Made by a program: the position numbers and the translations under genes
IMG/VR virus record: IMGVR_UViG_3300029318_000046
Location: 1 to 33,901 of that record
DNA: 33,901 bases
Reading direction: 5' to 3' (one strand)
Origin: a virus
Taxonomy: Duplodnaviria; Caudoviricetes
Part shown: piece by piece, positions 16,356 through 26,235 of the stretch
Position numbering within the stretch: position 1 is the stretch's first letter
How the letters are laid out: every line of letters starts with the position of its first letter
The notes under the pieces: model-generated
What the model was told of the DNA's origin: nothing
Database searches by the model: none
Seen by the model: the letters and a program-made list of their open reading frames with translations, nothing else

Positions 16356-16887
16356 GACATACAATAACGTAACTAATACTTTAATTAGATTAGCACAGTA
16401 TCATGATCAAATATCTACTGTTTCTGTTGGAGATATATTTGACATCAACTTAGAGAAAATGGAAAAGTTCCCATTATTACACATCAACCCAGTAAATGTA
16501 ACAACAGGAGATTCTGAGTTAGTGTATAACTATCAGATATTCATTATGGATATGGTAAGTGAGAAAAGCGACTGGCAAACTAAACAGCATGCTGATTTGA
16601 CTAAGTTAGTTGATATGAAAAACAATGAGCAAGAAGTATTTAATCAATGTTTAGAAATATGCACAGATTTTATTGGTATGCTTAGGCATAGTTCAAGACA
16701 ATCGTTAGAAGGAGTAAATGATATTAATAAGCCTTTATATTTCACACAAGACCAGTTTACAATAGAGCCATTCCAAGAACGGTTTGATAATCTTTGTTGT
16801 GGTTGGGTTTTTACAATAGGCGTAAAAGTTATGAATGACTTTAGTACCTGTAATATACCTGTAACAGATGCAGGTGCTGGGTACTAA
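16339..16887 (+). CDS. Putative tail terminator/completion protein
   Basis: FPLLHINP...EPFQERFDNLCCGW; size and context. Confidence 0.55.
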   Translation: MAVNNKTYNNVTNTLIRLAQYHDQISTVSVGDIFDINLEKMEKFPLLHINPVNVTTGDSELVYNYQIFIMDMVSEKSDWQTKQHADLTKLVDMKNNEQEVFNQCLEICTDFIGMLRHSSRQSLEGVNDINKPLYFTQDQFTIEPFQERFDNLCCGWVFTIGVKVMNDFSTCNIPVTDAGAGY

Positions 16888-16955
16888 TGTTAAAGTTTAA
16901 AATATGGAAAATAGAGATACAGATAATACCACCAAAAATAACAATCAAGCTATGA
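16887..16955 (+). CDS. 22-aa micro-protein MLKFKIWKIEIQIIPPKITIKL
   Basis: TAATG overlap at 5' end and ATGA overlap at 3' end. Confidence 0.55.
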   Translation: MLKFKIWKIEIQIIPPKITIKL

Positions 16956-17302
16956 GCTATGAGGATATAGTAGAAAAGCTAGAATCTATCAGCATAAGAT
17001 TTCAATCATATACTGACTACCCACAGTCAGCAACTAATAATGCAAAGCGTGCTAGAAAATGGAAAGAGGAGAATGGAAGTGATTGTGGAAGTCGTATTGG
17101 CTGGACAAGATCAGCTCAATTAGCAGACAGAAAACCAATAAGTAGAGATACAATAGCAAGAATGGCATCTTTTAAAAGACATCAACAAAATAAAGATGTG
17201 CCTTACTCAGAAGGATGTGGTGGTTTAATGTGGGATGCTTGGGGTGGTACATCTGGCGTTGAGTGGGCAATAAGAAAATTAAAACAAATAGATAATGAAT
17301 AA
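16952..17302 (+). CDS. Conserved phage protein of unknown function
   Basis: SYTDYP...TIARMASFKRH...LMWDAWGG; ATG 16952 preferred to 16904 because of coupling. Confidence 0.7.
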   Translation: MSYEDIVEKLESISIRFQSYTDYPQSATNNAKRARKWKEENGSDCGSRIGWTRSAQLADRKPISRDTIARMASFKRHQQNKDVPYSEGCGGLMWDAWGGTSGVEWAIRKLKQIDNE

Positions 17303-17314
17303 AAATAAATAAAT

Positions 17315-17767
17315 ATGGCAGATTTAGTAGTAACAATTTCCGAGAGTGTAACAGTCAATGGTGCATTAAGAGGATCAACAAATAACTTAACAGTGACAGG
17401 AATTACAGACACATTTGAAAGAGTAGTAACTTGTCCTCATTCAGCTACAACAACAATAGCAACATTTTCATCTAATGTATATGATAGTGCAGGTGCAATT
17501 GACACTGAAAACGTAAAGTACATTAGGGTAAGTAATTTATCTACAACACATGATATGTATATTGGTGTGGCTGCAACTTCTTATGCTTATACTATGTTGA
17601 TTCCAGCAGGGGTATCTCATATAATAGGACAGGGATCAACCATTATGGTAGCAACTTCAGAGGGTGCAGTACCTATATATGAAGGTTTGAAAGACCTTAC
17701 AAAAATTGAAATTAGACCAGTTTCAGAAAATGATGTAGATGCGGAAATATTTGTTGCTTCATCATAA
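17315..17767 (+). CDS. Hypothetical beta-rich virion protein
   Basis: Thr/Val/Ser-rich 150 aa in tail module. Confidence 0.65.
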   Translation: MADLVVTISESVTVNGALRGSTNNLTVTGITDTFERVVTCPHSATTTIATFSSNVYDSAGAIDTENVKYIRVSNLSTTHDMYIGVAATSYAYTMLIPAGVSHIIGQGSTIMVATSEGAVPIYEGLKDLTKIEIRPVSENDVDAEIFVASS

Positions 17768-18300
17768 TGAAAACTGAAAATATAGAAAGATACTTAGAAA
17801 GTTTTGGGAAACAAGTAGTAAACAGAACTAAAGGTAATATTCAAAAAGCAAAAGGCGGCGGAACTAATTTAGAAAAATCTATAAAGTTTGAAATAGTTAA
17901 AGAGGCTAATGGCTTTAAAATAAATTTCTATATGTTAGATTATGGGACTTTTGTAGACAAAGGAGTTTCTGGAAATAAAAAAAAGCAAAGATTTAAAGAT
18001 TATAAAAACAAAGTAGTATCAAGTCCTTATAAATATAAAAGCAAGCAGCCACCACCAGGAATTTTAGCAAAATGGATAAAAAAGAAAGGAATAAAGGGAA
18101 GGGATAAAAAAACAGGAAGGTTTATTAGCAATTTATCTTTAGCATATATAATTGGTAGAAAGATTAAAAGAGATGGTATAAAAGGATTAAGTTTCTTTCA
18201 AAAACCATTAGGTCTTGGATTAAAACAGTTTGGACCAGCACTTTTAGGCAATGTTAAAAGTGATATAGTAAATACGTTAAATGAAACACAGAAAAAATAA
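17767..18300 (+). CDS. Putative neck/tail completion protein (HK97 gp10-like)
   Basis: Very basic; LEKSI, YGTFVDKGV, GIKGLSFF pattern. Confidence 0.6.
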   Translation: MKTENIERYLESFGKQVVNRTKGNIQKAKGGGTNLEKSIKFEIVKEANGFKINFYMLDYGTFVDKGVSGNKKKQRFKDYKNKVVSSPYKYKSKQPPPGILAKWIKKKGIKGRDKKTGRFISNLSLAYIIGRKIKRDGIKGLSFFQKPLGLGLKQFGPALLGNVKSDIVNTLNETQKK

Positions 18301-19751
18301 TGGCAGCAAATTCAATAATAGAACAACAACCTTTATATAATGTAATTCCAGTAGGACAAGAAGTTATATTTGTAGTGTCTAATCAGACAGCAGTTGCAGG
18401 TCAATTTCATGTTAAATTTATTTGTGAAGTACATATCAGCAACAACACATACCCTGTTGTAGGTACATCAGATGATTTAATAGGAACTTTTAAAACAACG
18501 CCAAATAATGCAGGAGTTGGCATTTTTGATTTAAGTAATATAATAGAAAGCTACGTAAAACCAGACAATATAGCTGCTAATGGTAGTGCGTTTAAAACCA
18601 CTACAACAAGTGATGATCAAAGGCACCCACTACATTTGATTGATAAGTTTTCTCTAAACAATAACGCTGTAACTTATTTGGCTTTACAATTTAAAGTAGA
18701 ATACTTAGGTGCTACTGATAGTTCAGGAAATCAAGATGATAACATAGTAAGAACGCAAGCTGGTACTGCTGTTAACTCAGATGTATTTGAAATTTTTAAC
18801 GGATATATAAAGCATTCTGACAGTTTAAACATAGGAACTGGTATTGATGCCTCTAACTTTGGTTATGATATTACAAAGTTTGAAAACACTAATGGAAGTA
18901 CAGGTCAATTTTTAACTAATGCTCCATTAACTCAATATGCTAATCAAGAGGACTATGGTACCTTTGCATATCTTACAGAAATAAATAAAACAAGTGGTTT
19001 TGAAAATGGGTATGTAGACAACATTAAAATAAAACTGTACAACAGCTCAGATGCTCAAATTGGAAGCACAATACAAGTAGACAGATCATCTGCAAACGGT
19101 TCATACGATACATACGTGGCAAAAGCAGAACAAGAGCTAATCTACTTTGGTTGCTTTCCTGGAAATCTTAGAAACTGGAGTACAGTATTCCAAACGCAAC
19201 TAGCAACAGGCAATCTGGCATATTATAGTGTGAGAGCTTTTAATGGATCAACTAATGTAGGTCAAAGATATATTATTAACGTAAACTGTCCTGATCTAAA
19301 AGATTTCGAAAGCATTAGGCTGTGTTGGCTTAATCAATGGGGTGCTTGGGATTACTATACGTTTACAAAAAAATCAGTTAGAAGTTTAGCAACAAATTCA
19401 ACAACATATAATCAGCTTTCAGGCACATGGAATGAAAGCAAATATAAAATTGATAGCTTTAAAGGCGGAAAAAAAGCGTTTAGAGTTAATACAACTGAAA
19501 TGATCAGAGTTAATACAGATTTTGTAAGTGAAAATGAAAATGTAATGTTTGAGGAGTTAATGAATAGTCCAGAAGTTTATATGTTAGATGGCTTTCAAAC
19601 TACAACAAGCACACAGTTACTTAATCAGTTTGTAACACCTGTTAGAGTTACTAGCTCTAGCTTTACAAAAAAGACAATTGCAAATGACAAGTTAATGCAA
19701 TATACATTTGAAATAGAAAAAACTAAAACACTAAGAACACAAGCAGTTTAA
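18300..19751 (+). CDS. Minor tail protein (distal-tail-like)
   Basis: WLNQWGAWDYYTF and ELMNSPEVY C-terminal region; tail context. Confidence 0.6.
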   Translation: MAANSIIEQQPLYNVIPVGQEVIFVVSNQTAVAGQFHVKFICEVHISNNTYPVVGTSDDLIGTFKTTPNNAGVGIFDLSNIIESYVKPDNIAANGSAFKTTTTSDDQRHPLHLIDKFSLNNNAVTYLALQFKVEYLGATDSSGNQDDNIVRTQAGTAVNSDVFEIFNGYIKHSDSLNIGTGIDASNFGYDITKFENTNGSTGQFLTNAPLTQYANQEDYGTFAYLTEINKTSGFENGYVDNIKIKLYNSSDAQIGSTIQVDRSSANGSYDTYVAKAEQELIYFGCFPGNLRNWSTVFQTQLATGNLAYYSVRAFNGSTNVGQRYIINVNCPDLKDFESIRLCWLNQWGAWDYYTFTKKSVRSLATNSTTYNQLSGTWNESKYKIDSFKGGKKAFRVNTTEMIRVNTDFVSENENVMFEELMNSPEVYMLDGFQTTTSTQLLNQFVTPVRVTSSSFTKKTIANDKLMQYTFEIEKTKTLRTQAV

Positions 19752-22519
19752 TGTCAGTACAATTAATATTATATCCGCAAAACACCTCTGGCCAATATAA
19801 CGAGCTATCTACAGACCCAAATGAGTTTGTAGTAAATGGTCTAAATTTTGTTGGACTAGGAAGCTCTGCATCTTTTGATAGTTCTTTAGGAATAGGAACT
19901 ACTCAGGGTTTGCCAGTATTACAAGATGCATTAAATAATCAACCCCCAAACATTATTAACACCTGGTATAGATTCAGAAGTACACTTGGTGGTACTCCTG
20001 CTCTCCCTACTGTAACAAGTGGAGATGCGGTCTTTAACTCTATTGCATCTAATAACACAAGCGGAATTTATCAGCGACTTTCTAATTTAAGTGTAGGAGC
20101 TTCTTATACTGTAAGATTAAATCTTTCTACTACATCATCTGGCAGTTTGTATATAAGTATTGCAAACGGTACTTCTGTTTCATTTGGACAGCCTTTTTTA
20201 GCATTATCATCTAGCATAACATTTAATTTTACAGCAACAGCAACTGATAATATTTTAACAATAAGATATACTAATTCTGTTGCAACAAATATTGCTATAA
20301 GCAGCATATCTTGCTTGCCTACTGCTATATCTCCATCTGATTCAATTTCTATACTTGAAAACGGTCAAGTTCTTTGTGATTTATATGAAGATGAAGATAT
20401 ACCGTTGACACTAAGTATTGATGATTTTAAAAATGTAGCAGAACAGATACAATCTTACTCTAAAGCATTCTCACTACCTGCAACTAAAAGAAACAATCAA
20501 ATATTCAACAACATTTTTGAAATAACTAGAAATGATGATGGAATTATATTTAACCCTTATGTTAGAACAAAATGCGTGTTAAAGCAAAATGGCATTCTAA
20601 TATTTGAGGGTTATTTAAGGCTAATAGATATACAAGATAAATTAGGGGAGACAAGTTACAATGTTAATTTAAATTCAGAAGTTATAGCACTAGCAGATTA
20701 TTTAGAGGGCAGAACATTTAGTGATTTAAATCTTACTGAGTTAGAGCATAACTATACTAAGGCCAATATTAAGAGTAGCTGGACATCTGGAGTAACATAT
20801 ACTCAGTCAGGTACTTCAGGCTTTAGAACATCTGATACAGTTAAGTACCCATTTGTAAATTGGGATAACCAAATACTTATATCTAATGGATCAACAGGAA
20901 ACAATGCTACAATTGGCAATCCAGAGTTAACATCACTACAACAAGCGTATAGGCCTTTTGTTAAAATTAAATATTTAATAGAGAGAATATTCCAAGATAC
21001 ACCTTTTTCTTTTACTTCTGAATTTTTTGATGAAGCAGATTTTAAAAAGTTGTATATGGACTTTAATTGGGGAGATGCTTTAGCTCCTAATACAAATATG
21101 GGTGAAGGAGAAGGAGAAAATGATGACACCACAGGCGTTACAGCAGGCACTTCTTTTACTAGATTAAGATTTGATGTAGAAACTTTTTCAGATGCTAGTG
21201 AATTAGGTTATGATAATTCAACTTCTAAATTTACTGCAAATAGAGATAATCAATATTACTATGTTTACAGTGATTTTGTTATAGGATATTCTGGTGCTGG
21301 CAGTGGCCCTGCATCACAGAAAGTTGGAGTAATGGGTTGGGAAAAATTTGATTCAGGCGGAACTACAACAAATTATATAGCAGGATATAAAGATTTATAT
21401 TCAGCAGGAATTTCTGCTGGATTAATTCAATATAGCAAAAACTTCATAGTGGTTTTAAATGCAGGAGAAAGCATCAGGCCTGTATTTAAAAAGATTGGAA
21501 GTGTAACATTAGATCAAGAAACCACACAAGGTTTAGCTGCTTTTACTCCAAACAGCACAACAGTTATTACAGGTACATCTGTTATTACATCTGAAGTTTT
21601 AATGCAAAATTTAAGAGGAGAATTAGGTCAATGGCAGTTTTTAAAAGGTATAATGACTATGTTTAACTTAGTGTCTATTCCTGACAAATCTGATCCTAAT
21701 AATATGTTAATTGAGCCATATGCAGATGTGTTTATAAAAACCACAAAAGGAACTTCACTAGCAGACAGAAGTATATCTCATGACTGGACAGACAAAGTAG
21801 ATGTAAGTGAAATTAAATTAACACCTCTTACTGATTTAAACAAAAAAACTATTTTTAAATTTGTAGAGGATGATGATGATTATGCCTTTTCAATGTATAA
21901 AGATGCAGTGAGTGGACATTTATATGGCAGCAAAGTATTTGATGCTTCAGGGTTTACTATTTTAGAAGGAAATAAAGAAATAATAGCAGAACCGTTTGCA
22001 GCAACAGTACCACGCCCTTTAGATTCACAATTTCCTAATTTTATAGTTCCAATGATTTATTCTTATAACCCAGATGATGGAACTTCTAGTGGGTTTGATA
22101 ATAGTCCTAGAATAATGTATGACAATGGCGTAAAAGATTCTGGAACTACTTACTATATACCAGCACAAAATGGTGGAAGCAGTGAAAATCAATCTGACTT
22201 TTTACAGTTTAGTCATTTATCTACAATATCAACTGCACAGGGTACTCTAGATTTTCATTTTGGAGAATGTCAATTAATACAACCTATTGGCAATGCTGTT
22301 AATGACAATTTATTTAATTTATATTGGCTGCCATACTTTTCAGAATTGTACAATCCAAATACTAGAATAATGACACTTAAAGTGAATTTGACAGCAGGAG
22401 ATATTTCTACATTCAATTTATATGACACTGTATTTATTAAAAATAGAAAGTTTAGAGTAAATAAAATTGATTATAAACCAAACGATTTAGCTACAGTTGA
22501 ATTTATATTAATACCATAA
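19751..22519 (+). CDS. Large tail tip/baseplate hub protein with inserted beta-sandwich domains
   Basis: DLYEDEDIPLTLSIDD..SYSKAFSLPATKRNN core after a ~200 aa Ser/Thr-rich carbohydrate-binding-like N-terminus. Confidence 0.65.
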   Translation: MSVQLILYPQNTSGQYNELSTDPNEFVVNGLNFVGLGSSASFDSSLGIGTTQGLPVLQDALNNQPPNIINTWYRFRSTLGGTPALPTVTSGDAVFNSIASNNTSGIYQRLSNLSVGASYTVRLNLSTTSSGSLYISIANGTSVSFGQPFLALSSSITFNFTATATDNILTIRYTNSVATNIAISSISCLPTAISPSDSISILENGQVLCDLYEDEDIPLTLSIDDFKNVAEQIQSYSKAFSLPATKRNNQIFNNIFEITRNDDGIIFNPYVRTKCVLKQNGILIFEGYLRLIDIQDKLGETSYNVNLNSEVIALADYLEGRTFSDLNLTELEHNYTKANIKSSWTSGVTYTQSGTSGFRTSDTVKYPFVNWDNQILISNGSTGNNATIGNPELTSLQQAYRPFVKIKYLIERIFQDTPFSFTSEFFDEADFKKLYMDFNWGDALAPNTNMGEGEGENDDTTGVTAGTSFTRLRFDVETFSDASELGYDNSTSKFTANRDNQYYYVYSDFVIGYSGAGSGPASQKVGVMGWEKFDSGGTTTNYIAGYKDLYSAGISAGLIQYSKNFIVVLNAGESIRPVFKKIGSVTLDQETTQGLAAFTPNSTTVITGTSVITSEVLMQNLRGELGQWQFLKGIMTMFNLVSIPDKSDPNNMLIEPYADVFIKTTKGTSLADRSISHDWTDKVDVSEIKLTPLTDLNKKTIFKFVEDDDDYAFSMYKDAVSGHLYGSKVFDASGFTILEGNKEIIAEPFAATVPRPLDSQFPNFIVPMIYSYNPDDGTSSGFDNSPRIMYDNGVKDSGTTYYIPAQNGGSSENQSDFLQFSHLSTISTAQGTLDFHFGECQLIQPIGNAVNDNLFNLYWLPYFSELYNPNTRIMTLKVNLTAGDISTFNLYDTVFIKNRKFRVNKIDYKPNDLATVEFILIP

Positions 22520-23355
22520 TGAAAGCAACAATACCATATTTAGAAGGTTATTCAATAAAGCCATATAAGACAGATTCACTAGGAGTAGTGTCTTTTACAG
22601 ATGGCTTTAACATAGGAATAGCTCCTAATCAAAAACAGTGTGAGGCATATGGATATACTTACGACAAAGAAACTGGCTCTTGTAGAGTATACAAAAGCAG
22701 CTTAAATATTGGCACAGTAATATATAATCAAAACAATAATGTGCAGGGATCAAACAACGAGATTGAAGCAGGAACTAATAACTCTTATGTGATGGGAGAA
22801 AACAATGTTATTTCTGGCGTGTCAAGAAATAATATAGTAGTTGGTAGTAATCATGAAATTTCTCATGGTATAAACAATGCTTCTGTATTTGGTAATTTTG
22901 GACTTGCACAGCGACAGGGAGAAATAGTTTTAGGTGGTGGTGGTTTTAGTGGTGCAGGAACAGGTAATGCTCAAAGTTCAAGAATCGCTTTAACAGGAAC
23001 AACAACAGATGCAAGTGCTACAAGCCTTTTTGTTAATGGAGATTCTAACACAACAGCAATAGCAAGAACAAGTGGTATATTTTTATCATTTGAAGCAGTA
23101 GTTATGGGTGTAAGAACAGGTGGTGCAGCAGCAAGTGGTGCTGTTAATGATAGAATAGCAGTTAAAGTATATGGATTAGTATATACAACAACAGTAGATC
23201 AGTCAACGTATGACATAGGTAAATTTGGAACAACAGGGGGATGGGGTGCAGCAATGCAGTTTAGTGGTAGCGACATGGTGCTACAAGTATCAGGTGCAGC
23301 TAGTATGAATATAAGCTGGAGTGCAACTCTAGACCTTTATGAATTAAAAGTATAA
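22519..23355 (+). CDS. Putative tail fibre/adhesin with beta-roll repeats
   Basis: NNVQGSNN, SYVMGENN, NIVVGSNH repeats; Gly/Ala-rich C-terminus. Confidence 0.6.
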   Translation: MKATIPYLEGYSIKPYKTDSLGVVSFTDGFNIGIAPNQKQCEAYGYTYDKETGSCRVYKSSLNIGTVIYNQNNNVQGSNNEIEAGTNNSYVMGENNVISGVSRNNIVVGSNHEISHGINNASVFGNFGLAQRQGEIVLGGGGFSGAGTGNAQSSRIALTGTTTDASATSLFVNGDSNTTAIARTSGIFLSFEAVVMGVRTGGAAASGAVNDRIAVKVYGLVYTTTVDQSTYDIGKFGTTGGWGAAMQFSGSDMVLQVSGAASMNISWSATLDLYELKV

Positions 23356-23360
23356 AAATT

Positions 23361-24686
23361 ATGGCAGATAAAGTAGTAATAGAAGCAGAAGTAAAATCAA
23401 ACATCGGAGATGTATCAAAAGATGCAGATAATGCAGCAGGAAATATAGCCTTAATGGGGGTTTCTTTAAACTCTCTAAAAGCAGCATTTACAACAGTAGG
23501 CAAAAGAGCTAAGGTAATGTTTGGTTCTATTAGAGCAGGATTGATTAGCACTGGTATTGGTGCATTCTTAGTAGCAATAGGCTCATTAATATCTTATTTT
23601 AATAATACTAAAAGAGGAGCAGATAAACTATCTGAAGCTATGGCAGGTATAGGTGCTGTTGTGGATGTTTTAACAGATAGATTTTCTAGCTTCGGAGAGG
23701 GTTTGTCATTAATATTTAGTGGAGAGTTTGCTAAAGGATCAGAACTATTAAAAAAAGCCATAAGTGGTATTACAGATGAAATAAAAGATGAATCTAAGGC
23801 CATGATGGACCTTAAAAAAAGAAGGAATGAGCTAAGAGATGATGAAGTTAAATTTATTACTGTAAAAGCTGAAACACGTAAGGCGATAGAAAAGGCAAGA
23901 TTAGCTGCTGAGGATGAAACTTTAAGTGCAGAAGAAAGGCTAAAAAATCTTAAAGATGCATTAGAATTAGAGGAGCAAACTACTGCTCAAGAGTTAAAAT
24001 TAGCAACTGAAAGAATGAAAATAAAAGAGGAAGAGATGGCTTTAAGTGAAAACTCTGCTGAGGATGAAAGAGAGTTAGCACAGCTTAAAGCTGATATTAC
24101 TGATATTGAAACTGCTCAAGCTAGATTAAAAAGAAGAGTTATACTAGAGGTTAATACTTTAGAAAAAGAAATTGCTGCTGATGAAAAAGCAAGACAAGAA
24201 AAAAAAATAGCAGATTTAGAAGCTGAAATTGCATTAAGATATAAATTAGCCACAGCAATAGGAGCTTCAGTAGGTCAGATTTCTCAGTTAATGCAAGAAG
24301 GAAGTGCTGCTGCAAAAGCGTTTGCACTAGCAGAAATAGCAACAAATACAGCAGTAGCTTATATGCAGGGATTAGATATAGCACAAAAAGCAGCAGCAGC
24401 AGCAGGTCCTGGAGCTGCATTAGCTTTTCCTATTTTTTATGCAACTCAAGTTGCAGCTATTTTAGGTGCAGTAAATCAAGCAAAACAAATTCTAGGATCA
24501 GCACCAAGTGTTAGTGGTGCAACGCCTGGAGCAGGTGGCGGTGCAATAGCACCTCAAATGGTAGGTGGTGCTTTTGAATTAGGCGGTGGAGTAGCACCAG
24601 AGCCACTAAGAGCTTATGTATTAACTGATGAAATGTCTGACAGTCAAAATCAATTAGCTAACATAAGAAGGAGAGCAACAATATAA
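23361..24686 (+). CDS. Tape measure protein (short, 441 aa)
   Basis: ISTGIGAFLVAIGSL hydrophobic segment, long coiled coil, Ala-rich region, RAYVLTDEMSDSQ end. Confidence 0.8.
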   Translation: MADKVVIEAEVKSNIGDVSKDADNAAGNIALMGVSLNSLKAAFTTVGKRAKVMFGSIRAGLISTGIGAFLVAIGSLISYFNNTKRGADKLSEAMAGIGAVVDVLTDRFSSFGEGLSLIFSGEFAKGSELLKKAISGITDEIKDESKAMMDLKKRRNELRDDEVKFITVKAETRKAIEKARLAAEDETLSAEERLKNLKDALELEEQTTAQELKLATERMKIKEEEMALSENSAEDERELAQLKADITDIETAQARLKRRVILEVNTLEKEIAADEKARQEKKIADLEAEIALRYKLATAIGASVGQISQLMQEGSAAAKAFALAEIATNTAVAYMQGLDIAQKAAAAAGPGAALAFPIFYATQVAAILGAVNQAKQILGSAPSVSGATPGAGGGAIAPQMVGGAFELGGGVAPEPLRAYVLTDEMSDSQNQLANIRRRATI

Positions 24687-24689
24687 AAT

Positions 24690-24719
24690 CAAATAAATAA
24701 CAATTAAATCTATATAATA
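24690..24719 (+). promoter_or_regulatory. Putative late promoter (variant TCTATATAATA)
   Basis: CAAAT 24690, 14-nt spacer, TCTATATAATA 24709. Confidence 0.65.
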
Positions 24720-24721
24720 AT

Positions 24722-25432
24722 ATGCCTTGTAAAGAATGCGAAAACGGAAAATATAAATGGGGGAACACTGGAAAGTGCGAGTATGACACTATTGCTGAGT
24801 GTGAAGCTGCTAATAAAGATTACTACGATAAAGTTACAACTATCAGAGAATTAGTAATTGATAATAATTCTGAGGAGTTAGCTATTGATGCTATTAGCTT
24901 AGTGTCAGCACCTGCCATAGAACAGGACTTTGTTTACTTTGGAAAAGAAAAAAACAATTTAACTTTTGCTAAAGTAGATGATGAAAAGAGAATGTTAGTT
25001 AGTCCTGCACTTATACCTAACAAACAGATATTTAGATACGATCCAAATACTGATTCTGAATACTATGTGTATTTCAGTCCTGATACAGTTAGAAAGGCTA
25101 GTGAGCTTTACTTAAAACATAACAATCATCACAAAGCAACTTATGAGCATCAAGATAGAGTGTCTGGTGTGTTGACTACTGAAAGCTGGATTATAGAAGA
25201 TACTAAAATGGATAAGTCAAGGCTTTATGGCTATAATCTACCGAAAGGCACTTGGATGGTTTCGATGAAAATCAATAATGACGAATTATGGCAAAAAGTA
25301 AAAGATGGCTCTTTGAGAGGATTATCCATCGAGGGTTATTTTACTGATCGTATGCAGGAGATGTCAGAAAGAGAGCCAACAACACACGAAATACTCTCAG
25401 CTTTGAATGAGATAATTTCAAAAATCAAATAA
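24722..25432 (+). CDS. Prohead serine protease (XkdF-like)
   Basis: ISLVSAPAIE, PALIPNK, YEH, ESWI, LPKGTW, GLSIEG. Confidence 0.85.
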   Translation: MPCKECENGKYKWGNTGKCEYDTIAECEAANKDYYDKVTTIRELVIDNNSEELAIDAISLVSAPAIEQDFVYFGKEKNNLTFAKVDDEKRMLVSPALIPNKQIFRYDPNTDSEYYVYFSPDTVRKASELYLKHNNHHKATYEHQDRVSGVLTTESWIIEDTKMDKSRLYGYNLPKGTWMVSMKINNDELWQKVKDGSLRGLSIEGYFTDRMQEMSEREPTTHEILSALNEIISKIK

Positions 25433-25455
25433 AATCAAAATTAATCTATTATATA
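25426..25455 (+). promoter_or_regulatory. Putative late promoter for scaffold-capsid-tail tube operon
   Basis: CAAAT 25426, 14-nt spacer, TCTATTATATA 25445. Confidence 0.75.
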
Positions 25456-25476
25456 ATAAACACTAAAAAAGAAATT

Positions 25477-26211
25477 ATGGACTTAAAAGAAAAAATATTA
25501 GTTGCTCTTGGTTTAAACACAGACAACGAAATTAAATTAGCTTGGCAAGCAAAAAGCGAAGATGGCACTATTTTCGTTTCTACTGCTGAGGAGTTAGAGG
25601 CAGGCGTAGACATCTCAGTTCTTACTGAAGATGGAACTACTATTTTATTACCAGTTGGTACTTACAAAACAGATACAGGCGTATCTTTCAGAGTTGAAAC
25701 TGAAGGTATTGTTGCTGAAGTTATGGAATCAGAAACTGAAGAAGAAATTGAAGCATCTGATGAAACTGAATTATCTGAAACTGAAACTACTGATGAAAAT
25801 GTAGAATTAGAAGAGAAAGATAAAGAGGACTATGATGAAGAGGCAGCAGTATATGACTGGGAAGGTATGGAGAAACGTATCAAAAACTTAGAGGATGCAG
25901 TGGCTGATTTAAAAAGAGATAAGGTAGGTGGAGATGATGAAGTAGAGGAGATGTCTGAAGAAACTCCAGAAGTATCTGACAAACCTAAAACTATAAAAAC
26001 TACTGAGGTAGTTGAGTTTTCAGCAGAGGAGATTGAAGCAATAAAAGAACTAAAAGCTGAGAATGAAGCGTTGAAAATTGAGTTAGCAGAATCACCTGCT
26101 GAAGCACCAGTAAACACAAATAAATTTAGCTCAGAAAGACCAGTATTGTCAAGAAAAGAATACAACAGGCTTTCAAGACAAGAAAGATTTATATACAATT
26201 TAAACAAATAA
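25477..26211 (+). CDS. Capsid scaffolding protein (putative)
   Basis: Very acidic, coiled-coil, basic C-terminus; between protease and capsid genes. Confidence 0.75.
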   Translation: MDLKEKILVALGLNTDNEIKLAWQAKSEDGTIFVSTAEELEAGVDISVLTEDGTTILLPVGTYKTDTGVSFRVETEGIVAEVMESETEEEIEASDETELSETETTDENVELEEKDKEDYDEEAAVYDWEGMEKRIKNLEDAVADLKRDKVGGDDEVEEMSEETPEVSDKPKTIKTTEVVEFSAEEIEAIKELKAENEALKIELAESPAEAPVNTNKFSSERPVLSRKEYNRLSRQERFIYNLNK

Positions 26212-26235
26212 TATTAACAAAAAAAAATAAAAAAA

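Noticed and set aside
24385-24410. GCA trinucleotide run
   Set aside because: It simply encodes poly-Ala in the tape measure protein.
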